Below the pieces are notes generated by a model. The model was not told the DNA's origin. It searched no databases and saw nothing but the letters and a program-made list of their open reading frames with translations. A program made the translations under genes and the position numbers. From Vicinamibacteria bacterium (GTDB lineage: Bacteria > Acidobacteriota > Vicinamibacteria > Fen-336), in contig DATJYX010000081.1 of the NCBI GenBank assembly GCA_035577965.1, forward strand, positions 11,726 through 75,725: DNA of 64,000 bases. The letters are read 5' to 3'. Position 1 is the first letter of the stretch, and each line of letters begins with the position of its first letter. Positions 56,907 to 64,000 of the stretch are shown piece after piece.

Positions 56907-57659
56907 TCAGCGGCGCGGCCGCCAGACGCTCGCCGCCCGGGCGAGCTCGGGGCCGCCGCCGTCCGCCCGCAGCTCGTGAGCGAAGGCGGCGCCGTCGCCG
57001 CCGAGGCGCCGGGTCCGGGCGACGACCGTGTCGCCGTAGACGGCCTCGCGCCGGAATTCGATCTCGAAGGCCGAGGGCCGCGAGCATCCCTGCACCTCGT
57101 CCGGCACCGTCTCGAGCGCCCACTCGACGTAGCGGGTGTTGTTCACGTGGCGCACCACGTCGAGGTCCCCGCGTCGGACATCGAACCGCCGCTCCAGGTC
57201 GGCCGGGTCGGCCGGCTCGAGAGCCGCCGGCGTCCGGTCGAGAGCGAGGGGACGCTCGGGCACGGGCGAGCGGCGGACGAAGTCGGGAAGCCGCACGAGC
57301 CGGCGCGATTCCCGGTCCACGACCGCCCAGCGGCTCGTGCCCACCGCCACGCGGCCGCTGGCTCCGTCCACGACGTCGAACTCGCGGAAGGCGAGCGCCC
57401 GGCCGAACGGCCGGGCCCAGGTGGTCACGGCGACCGTCTCGCCCCGGCCCGGGTAGCGGGAGACCTCCACCCGCATCCACTGGATGACCCACACGAGGCC
57501 CTCCTCGGCGAGGCGCTCCATCGCGTAGCCGCCGCGCGCGGCATCGCCGCCGGCCGCTTCCTGCAGGAACGCGCAGAGCGCACGTGGGGCGAGGAGCCCT
57601 TCGGTGTCCACCTCGTAGGAGTGGACGGGGAATTCCTGGGAGTGCAGGGGATCGGGCAT
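56907..57659 (-). CDS. Acyl-ACP thioesterase (FatA/FatB-like double hotdog)
   Basis: FLQEAA, WV..MRVEV.RYP, TW..., DLD...HVNN.RY.EW.LE, I.F.RE...GD. Confidence 0.88.
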   Translation of the reverse strand: MPDPLHSQEFPVHSYEVDTEGLLAPRALCAFLQEAAGGDAARGGYAMERLAEEGLVWVIQWMRVEVSRYPGRGETVAVTTWARPFGRALAFREFDVVDGASGRVAVGTSRWAVVDRESRRLVRLPDFVRRSPVPERPLALDRTPAALEPADPADLERRFDVRRGDLDVVRHVNNTRYVEWALETVPDEVQGCSRPSAFEIEFRREAVYGDTVVARTRRLGGDGAAFAHELRADGGGPELARAASVWRPRR

Positions 57660-57742
57660 CCGCGTTCTCCACCGCCGCGAGCGGCCCCATTCTAGGTGCA
57701 AAGAGGCTTCGCTCTCGGCCACAATCGGGCGAGGGAGGTCTT

Positions 57743-58708
57743 ATGCACAGGAGGGAGTTCGTAGCCCGCGCGACCGGGGCCGGCGCCGCGATGTCGATCT
57801 TCCCCGCGGGCCTTCAGGGCTTGGAGCGGGAGAAGGGGCCGGGCGGCCTGGAGCGGCGGGCCCTCGGGAAGACGGGCGAGAAGCTCTCGATCGTCGGCTT
57901 CGGCGGGATCGTGGTGATGAACGCCACGGCGGAGCAGGCGGCGGAGCGGGTGCGGTCGGCGATCGAGGCCGGCGTCAACTACTTCGACGTCGCCCCGAGC
58001 TACGGCAACGCCGAGGACATGCTGGGCCCCGCTCTCGAGCCCTTTCGGAAGAGCGTCTTCCTCGCCTGCAAGACCCAGGGGCGGACGAAGGAGGCGGCGA
58101 GCGCCGAGCTCGACAGCTCCCTCAAGAGGATGCGGACCGACCACTTCGACCTCTACCAGCACCACGCGGTGACGAAGAAGGGCGACGTGGAGAAGATCCT
58201 CGGCCCCGGCGGGGCGATGGAGGCCTTCGAGGTGGCGAGGAAGGCGGGCAAGGTCCGCTTCCTCGGCTTCTCGGCCCACTCCGTGGAGGCCGCTTCGGCT
58301 CTCCTGGACGGCTTCGCCTTCGACACCATCCTCTTCCCGGTCAACTACGCGACCTGGCACGCGGGAGGCTTCGGTCCCCAGGTGCTGGCCCGCGCGAAGG
58401 AGAAGGGCATGGGGATCCTCTGCCTGAAGGCGATGGCGAAGGGACCGTTGCCGGACGGGGCGAAGAAGCGGTACGACAAGTGCTGGTACCAGCCCCTCGA
58501 CGCTCCCGAGGACGCGGCCATGGGCCTGCGCTTCACGCTCTCGCACCCCGTGACGGCCGCGATCCCTCCCGGGGACGAGACGCTCTTCGCGATGGCCCTG
58601 AAGATCGCCACCGGCTTCCAGCCGCTCTCGCCGGCCGAGGTCGAGACGATCAAGGTGCGGGGAGCCGCCGCGACCCCGCTCTTCCGCTACCCGAGCCCGG
58701 ACGCGTAG
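57743..58708 (+). CDS. Aldo/keto reductase with Tat-like leader
   Basis: MHRREFV leader; LGKTG..LS.VGFG, NYFDVAPSYG, LACKT, DLYQHH, GFSAH. Confidence 0.88.
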   Translation: MHRREFVARATGAGAAMSIFPAGLQGLEREKGPGGLERRALGKTGEKLSIVGFGGIVVMNATAEQAAERVRSAIEAGVNYFDVAPSYGNAEDMLGPALEPFRKSVFLACKTQGRTKEAASAELDSSLKRMRTDHFDLYQHHAVTKKGDVEKILGPGGAMEAFEVARKAGKVRFLGFSAHSVEAASALLDGFAFDTILFPVNYATWHAGGFGPQVLARAKEKGMGILCLKAMAKGPLPDGAKKRYDKCWYQPLDAPEDAAMGLRFTLSHPVTAAIPPGDETLFAMALKIATGFQPLSPAEVETIKVRGAAATPLFRYPSPDA

Positions 58709-58824
58709 GCGGCGAGGACGGCGAGGAGTCGCCGATCGCCACGGTCGAGCTGGCCCACCGGCCTCACGAAGTCCGTCCGTCACGACGGACAGTCGAGGAG
58801 ACTGTAGAGTAGACGGCGCCCGCC

Positions 58825-60195
58825 ATGACCGCCCGCGTCTTCAGTCCCTCGGCCGTCGCCGCTCTCTTCCTGGAGCGCCAGCACCTCGCGAGGCCGCGGT
58901 CCCGGCGGCTCACCGCCTCGTCCCTGGTCACATTCGTGGAGGACGTGGGGGGCCTCCAGATCGACTCGATCAACGTGGTCGAGCGCGGCCACCACCTGAC
59001 GCTGTGGAGCCGCTTCGGGCCCTACGGCCGGGGGGCCCTCGAGCGGATCGTCTACCGTCGGCGCCTCCTGTTCGAGTACTGGGCGCACGCCGCGTGCCTG
59101 GTCCCGGCGTCGCACTACCCGGCCTGGCGGCGGGCCATGCTCGACTACTCGCTGCGAAGCCGGGCGTGGGGCTTGTGGCTCCAGAAGAACCGACGCGTGC
59201 TGGCGGCGGTGGAGGCCGCCATCGCCTCCCGCGGCCCCCTGGGGAGCGCCGATTTCGAGCACCGGCGAAAGGGCGCGTCCGGCGGATGGTGGGACTGGAA
59301 GCCCGCCACCCACGCCCTCGACTACCTGTGGATGAGCGGGCGCACCCTGGTCCACTCGCGGACGCACTTCCGCAAGCGCTTCGACCTGGCCGAGCGCGTC
59401 ATGCCCGAGGCCGGCGCCGTCGAGGCCCTGACCCGGGACGACTTCCAGAGCTGGCACCTCCGGCGGTCGCTCCACGCCCTCGGCGCCGCGAGCGAGGCCG
59501 ATCTGCGGATGTACCTGACCTTTCCGCGTACCACGGCCTCCGACCGGGCCCGTGCGCTGCGCGAGGCCCTCGACAGGGGAGAGGTCGTCGAGGTCGAGGT
59601 GGAGGGCGAGCGTGACCGCTGGCTGGCGCTCGCCGAAGACCTGGCCTCGCTCGAGGCGGCGGGACGGCGGCGTCGTGCGTCCGCGGGCACCACGCTGCTG
59701 TCGCCCTTCGACTCCTTCCTCTGGCACCGCGACCGCGTGCGCCGCCTGTTCGGCTACGACTACAAGCTGGAGGTCTACACGCCGGGGCACGCGAGGAGCC
59801 ACGGCTACTACTCGCTGCCCATCCTCCACGACGGCCACCTCGTCGGCCGTCTCGATCCCAAGGTCCACCGGCAGGAGGGGCGGCTCGAGGTGAAGGCCGT
59901 TCACTTCGAGCCCTGGTTCGCGAAGGGGGTCGCGCCTCCCGCCGCATCCTGGGGCGCCGTGGACCGTGACGCGACCCTCGCGGGCATCGGCGAGGCTCTG
60001 CGATCGCTCGCGAGGTTCGTCGGCGCCGAGGACGTGACCGTCGGCCGCGTGACGCCGAGGTCCCTGTCTCCGGCGCTCCGGCGCGTCGTCTCGATCGCCC
60101 GCGCGCTCCCGCGCCCAGCGATGCTCCCTTCCGGTCGGCCACTCCGGCCGGCGGGTCAGCGGCGGGCGTCGAGGGCGGAGAGCGCGAACGCGTAG
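58825..60195 (+). CDS. YcaQ/AlkZ-family (HTH_42) DNA glycosylase-like protein
   Basis: LQIDSINVVER.HHL.L.SR.G.Y, FEYWAH.A, LSPFD..LW.R.R...LFG..Y.LE.Y.P...R.HGYY.LPIL; the 3' end overlaps the ROK gene by 40 nt. Confidence 0.88.
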   Translation: MTARVFSPSAVAALFLERQHLARPRSRRLTASSLVTFVEDVGGLQIDSINVVERGHHLTLWSRFGPYGRGALERIVYRRRLLFEYWAHAACLVPASHYPAWRRAMLDYSLRSRAWGLWLQKNRRVLAAVEAAIASRGPLGSADFEHRRKGASGGWWDWKPATHALDYLWMSGRTLVHSRTHFRKRFDLAERVMPEAGAVEALTRDDFQSWHLRRSLHALGAASEADLRMYLTFPRTTASDRARALREALDRGEVVEVEVEGERDRWLALAEDLASLEAAGRRRRASAGTTLLSPFDSFLWHRDRVRRLFGYDYKLEVYTPGHARSHGYYSLPILHDGHLVGRLDPKVHRQEGRLEVKAVHFEPWFAKGVAPPAASWGAVDRDATLAGIGEALRSLARFVGAEDVTVGRVTPRSLSPALRRVVSIARALPRPAMLPSGRPLRPAGQRRASRAESANA

Positions 60196-61265
60196 GCGCC
60201 GAGCGCGGTCGCCCGGCTCGTGCCGAGGCGGCTGAGGCCGACGCCGACCCGCTTCAGGGGGTCGTAGGCCGCCTTCCGCCCGGAGCCAGGGACCGCCACC
60301 TCGCTCGCCGCGCCCTTCACGAAGCCCTCCCGCTCGGCCGGGTCCTCGAGGTTGAAGGCCTTCACCTCGAGGCGCGGGACCTCTCCGGACGGCGTCTCGA
60401 AGGCGCCGTTCATCTCGGCCACGAGCGCGGGCAGGAATAGCTCGGCGGCGCCGGTCAGGCCGCCGCCGATCGCGACGACGCCGTCGACGAGCGTGACCAC
60501 CGAGGCGAGCGCGTCGCCCGCCGCCTCGCCCATGCGCCGGAAGGCCTCGACCGCGGCGGCCCGCGGGCCCGGCTTCTCGCCCTTGCCGATCGCGAAGATC
60601 TCCTTCGGGTCCGGGGCCGCTTCGAGGGCGATCCCCGCCTCCCGCGCGTACACCCGCCGGACGGCCCGTATCGAGACCGACTCCTCGACGTTCCGGCGCG
60701 GGTCGAGCTTGTCGCGGAGGAGCCAGATCTCGCCGCCGGCCGAGTTGTCGCCGATCCAGAGCCGGCCGTCCCGCACGATGCCGCCCCCGAAGCCGGTGCC
60801 GAAGGTGGCGCCGAAGAGGTTGCGGAAGCGCTTGGGGCTCCGGCCTTCCGTGAGGAGCGCGTTGACCCACGGCAGCAGGCCCAGGGTCGCCTCCCCGAAC
60901 GCGAAGAGGTCCCCGTCGTTGTTGAGGAAGACGGGGATGCCGAAGCGGTCGGCGAGCATCGGCCCGAGGGCGACGCCGCCCTCCTTGAACGCGGGCAGGT
61001 TGCCGAGGCTGCCGATGATGCCGGCCGGGTAGTCGGCGGGGCCGGGGAACGCGAAGCTGATCGCGGAAGGGGCGGCGGGGGCCCTCTCCTTCACCTTCGC
61101 GAAGCCCTCGACGATCGTCTCCAGGCACAGCTCGAGGTCGTGGGCGTTCGAGGGAAGGGTGACCGGCTCGACGACCTCGCGCTCCCCCCGCACCGCCGAG
61201 AAGACGAAGTTCGTGCCCCCGGCGTCGAGAGCCAGGACGACGCGCGGATCGCCCGCGTAGCCCAC
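60156..61265 (-). CDS. ROK-family sugar kinase lacking the Cys-Zn motif
   Basis: LDAGGTNF, FAFPGPADY..GII, NNDGDLFA.GE, GTGFGGGIV, GGEIW, GGGL. Confidence 0.87.
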   Translation of the reverse strand: MGYAGDPRVVLALDAGGTNFVFSAVRGEREVVEPVTLPSNAHDLELCLETIVEGFAKVKERAPAAPSAISFAFPGPADYPAGIIGSLGNLPAFKEGGVALGPMLADRFGIPVFLNNDGDLFAFGEATLGLLPWVNALLTEGRSPKRFRNLFGATFGTGFGGGIVRDGRLWIGDNSAGGEIWLLRDKLDPRRNVEESVSIRAVRRVYAREAGIALEAAPDPKEIFAIGKGEKPGPRAAAVEAFRRMGEAAGDALASVVTLVDGVVAIGGGLTGAAELFLPALVAEMNGAFETPSGEVPRLEVKAFNLEDPAEREGFVKGAASEVAVPGSGRKAAYDPLKRVGVGLSRLGTSRATALGAYAFALSALDARR

Positions 61266-61266
61266 C

Positions 61267-62448
61267 TCAGGCCGCCTTCGCCGGGCTCTTGGCGCCGCCC
61301 CGCATCGCGAGCGCGAGCAGGTAGGCGAAGGCGGCGAGGGGGACGAGGAACGCGGTGCCGAGGCCGACCGTGTCGGCGACGCGGCCCATGAGCGGCGGCA
61401 GCACCGCGCCGCCGAAGATGGCCATGCACATGAGGCCCGACAGCTCCGCGCTCCGCTCCGGCCGCGCTTCGACGGTGAGGGAGAACAGCACCGGCCAGAT
61501 GTTCCCGAAGCCGAGGCCCGCGAGCAGCACACCCGCCACCGCGAGCGCCGGCACGCCGGAGAGAACGCCGAGGATGCCGACGAAGCCCAGGGTGGCGCTC
61601 AGGCGGAAGAACGTCTTCGCCGCGATCGTCCGCAGGACGCCGCTGCCGAGGAGCCGGCCGGACGTGAGGCCCACGAAGAAGAGGGTCGAGCCGAGCGCCG
61701 TCGACGCGCGACCCAGGTCGAGGCCGAAGAAGGTGAAGCGCTCGGCGGTGAAGCCGAGGGACTCGAGCCGCGGGCCGAGCCAGGTGTTCATGCCGACCTC
61801 GGCGCCCACGTAGAGGAAGATCCCGAGCACCGCGAGGCCGAATGCCGGCTCGCCGAGCAGGGACAGGCTCGAGCCGACGCTCGGCGGCACCTCCGCCCGC
61901 GTCTCCTTGACCTTGAGCACCATCACGGACACGAGGGTCACGACCGTGAGGGCCAGGAAGACCGGGAAGATCCGCCGCCAGCCGAGCTCGCCCACGGCGA
62001 GGCGGCCGACCAGGTAGGTGCTGCCGACGCTGCCCACACCCTTCACGAACTGGGCGAGGCTCAGGTTGCTCGCGAAGCGGCCCTCCCCGGACACGTCGCG
62101 CATGATCGGGTTGCCCGCGACCTGCAGGAGCGTCGTCCCCACCCCCAGCACGAACACCGACGCGAGGAGGAGCGCGAAGCCGGGCACCACGGCCGTGGGC
62201 ACGAGGACGCCCAGTCCGCTCAGGACGAGGGCGAGGACGAGCAGGTTCCTCTTCCCGATCCGGGCGGCGAGGACGCCCCCCGGCACGCTGAAGATCGCGA
62301 AGGCCACGAAGGCGAACGCGGGCAGGAGCCCGGCCATGAAGCCGGAGAGCGAGTACTGCTTCTGGATGGTGCTCGCGAGCGGGCCCATGGCGTCCACGAA
62401 GCCCATCGCGAAGAAGGCGAGGAAGATCGGCAGCGTCCGCAATCTCAT
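61267..62448 (-). CDS. MFS sugar transporter (GluP/FucP-like)
   Basis: FFAMGF, LQVAGNP, GIFLYVGAEVG, N.WP..FSL, MAIFGGAVLP. Confidence 0.88.
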   Translation of the reverse strand: MRLRTLPIFLAFFAMGFVDAMGPLASTIQKQYSLSGFMAGLLPAFAFVAFAIFSVPGGVLAARIGKRNLLVLALVLSGLGVLVPTAVVPGFALLLASVFVLGVGTTLLQVAGNPIMRDVSGEGRFASNLSLAQFVKGVGSVGSTYLVGRLAVGELGWRRIFPVFLALTVVTLVSVMVLKVKETRAEVPPSVGSSLSLLGEPAFGLAVLGIFLYVGAEVGMNTWLGPRLESLGFTAERFTFFGLDLGRASTALGSTLFFVGLTSGRLLGSGVLRTIAAKTFFRLSATLGFVGILGVLSGVPALAVAGVLLAGLGFGNIWPVLFSLTVEARPERSAELSGLMCMAIFGGAVLPPLMGRVADTVGLGTAFLVPLAAFAYLLALAMRGGAKSPAKAA

Positions 62449-62519
62449 CGTGTCTCCCCGAGCGCGCGTGCCGCGAGACGGCCGCCCTCGCGGAGGCTAT
62501 GCGAGACGCGCGGGGCGCG

Positions 62520-63821
62520 TCAATGGTGCGCGGACTCGAAGGGCTCGGCGGGGCGGCCGCGCCGCCTCTCGTCGAGGCGACGGCAGCCCTCGAGGAGGAG
62601 GGCGTTGAAGTCCGCCGTCATCGGGGTCCCCTCGACGACGGCGCCGCGGTCGAAGGCGAACTGGCCGTTGGGCCACCCGACGAACTCGAAGACCACCAGG
62701 GCGCCCTCGTGGTCGGGGCCGATCGCGGAGACGATCTGGCCGGCCCGGAACGCGATCCGGACCGAGCGGCTGCCCCGGTGGGCGACCAGCACGCCGGTGA
62801 GCTGGTTGAGGTGGCAGATCTGCAGCACGGCCGGCGCTCCGACCAGCTCGACCGCGCCCTGGAGTGACGCCCCCGGCTCCTGCCCCGTCTCGACGTCCGA
62901 GAAGCGCCGGAGGAGCAGCTCGAGGCGGATGAGCAGCTCGCGGAAGGAGGCCGGCTTGGCGAGGTACTCGTCGGCCCCCGCCTTGAGCGCCTCGTACCGG
63001 GTCGTGCTGTCGTCGCGGGCGGAGAGGAAGACGACGGGCGTGCGGCGGAGCAGGCTGTGGGCGCGCATCTGCCGGCAGAGGGCGAGGCCGCTCTCGTCGG
63101 GCAGCTCCAGCTCGGTGATCACGAGCCAGGGACGCCGCGCCACCGCGAGGCGCAGCGCCTCCCCTGCCGTCGCCGCCTCGTGCACCGAGAAGCCGTGGAG
63201 CACCAGCTCGCCCACGACCGCGCGGCGGTCGGGCTCCTCCGCGTCCACGACGAGCGCGGTCCGGAGAGCGGCGGGCGTGCTCGCGAACGGCGGAGGGGCG
63301 AGCGCCGCGCCCGGCACCGGGCTCGGCTCGGCCGGAGCCGGCGCGGGCACGACGCCTCGGAAGACGGCGTCGAGGCCCTCGACGAGGCCACCCGCCTTCC
63401 ACGGGCGCGGCAGGAACTCGACGGCCGCGAAGCGGCAGGGCGGAGGCGGCTCCGGTCCCGGATCCGCCCGGAGGGTGACGACCGGGAACCGGGACGTGGT
63501 CGCGCCGTTCAGGGGCCGCAGGACGGCGTAGCCGTCGGTGAGGGCGGCCGGGACGCCCCGCCAGGGAACATCGTCGCGGCGGCGCTGCGCGCCGAGGACC
63601 GCCTCGAGGCGATCGAGGCCGAGGTCGACGAGAACGAGGTCGACGGCCGACACCGACGCCACGCGCAGCGCGGCCGCCGCGTCCTCCGTCACGAAGACCC
63701 AGTAGTCCTCGCGGCGCAGGAGGCGCTCGGTGGCGAAGCGGCTGATCGTGTCGCCCTCGACGACGACGACGCGGCGCGCGCCCGACAAGAGGTTCGCTCC
63801 GACCCGAACTGAGGCGTTCAC
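62520..63821 (-). CDS. Tandem receiver domains + DUF4388 protein
   Basis: REC1 VDLVLVDLGL; REC2 WLVITELELPDESG...VVFLSA...GADEYLAKP; DUF4388 LQGAV...LQI..LNQLTG.L; start uncertain. Confidence 0.8.
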   Translation of the reverse strand: MNASVRVGANLLSGARRVVVVEGDTISRFATERLLRREDYWVFVTEDAAAALRVASVSAVDLVLVDLGLDRLEAVLGAQRRRDDVPWRGVPAALTDGYAVLRPLNGATTSRFPVVTLRADPGPEPPPPCRFAAVEFLPRPWKAGGLVEGLDAVFRGVVPAPAPAEPSPVPGAALAPPPFASTPAALRTALVVDAEEPDRRAVVGELVLHGFSVHEAATAGEALRLAVARRPWLVITELELPDESGLALCRQMRAHSLLRRTPVVFLSARDDSTTRYEALKAGADEYLAKPASFRELLIRLELLLRRFSDVETGQEPGASLQGAVELVGAPAVLQICHLNQLTGVLVAHRGSRSVRIAFRAGQIVSAIGPDHEGALVVFEFVGWPNGQFAFDRGAVVEGTPMTADFNALLLEGCRRLDERRRGRPAEPFESAHH

Positions 63822-63915
63822 CGTGGCGCGCCGGGCGGGAGAGAGGGGGGATCCCGCACGAGGCGAGTCTTCCCGCCGCGCTGACGTCGTCTGCTTCTCC
63901 GAAGCTGGAGGCGGA

Positions 63916-63944
63916 ATCATGCGAGCGGCGGCAAGCCCTGTCAA
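63916..63944 (-). promoter_or_regulatory. sigma70-type promoter
   Basis: TTGACA-17nt-CATGAT; the ORF-track starts at 63944 and 63920 fall inside these boxes. Confidence 0.65.
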
Positions 63945-64000
63945 GCCCGATCTTCGGGCCGGCGGTCGCCGAGGGGTCGGCAGCGCCTGCGTGGCCGGGT

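Noticed and set aside
63822-63944. ORF-track starts at 63944/63920, and similar starts at 26677 and 52253
   Set aside because: These codons fall inside predicted -35/-10 boxes, so downstream starts were preferred.

Overview
GC-rich chromosomal window with about 60 protein-coding genes. I found no rRNA, tRNA, CRISPR array, transposase or integrase. Gene content (VWFA-related acidobacterial protein, several DUF4388 proteins, DUF5666 lipoprotein) suggests Acidobacteriota, probably Vicinamibacteria; this is inference, not a search result. Main blocks: a minus-strand operon (lat, small hypothetical, amine-dehydrogenase/Ord-like gene, DUF4388-DnaJ-TPR gene, secreted protein); trxC coupled to an ECF sigma with a fused anti-sigma zinc finger; a suf system split in two (sufB alone; sufC-D-S-U-T-rrf2) with a shared promoter/operator motif; metB-like/hom; cstA-ybdD; a sugar kinase/nucleotidyltransferase pair; a divergent EF-P and surE; MarR with a perfect operator facing an atypical CLC and qNOR; ROK/MFS. 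The best hidden signal is a complete GEMM-I cyclic-dinucleotide riboswitch (minus strand, 42613-42701). It has A at the position equivalent to Vc2 G20, the signature of c-AMP-GMP-binding variants, and abuts the SD of a DUF5666 lipoprotein gene, back-to-back with a REC-PilZ-PAS-GAF-GGDEF-EAL enzyme. All family assignments come from motif recognition by eye, and many start codons were re-chosen from SD/-10 context.
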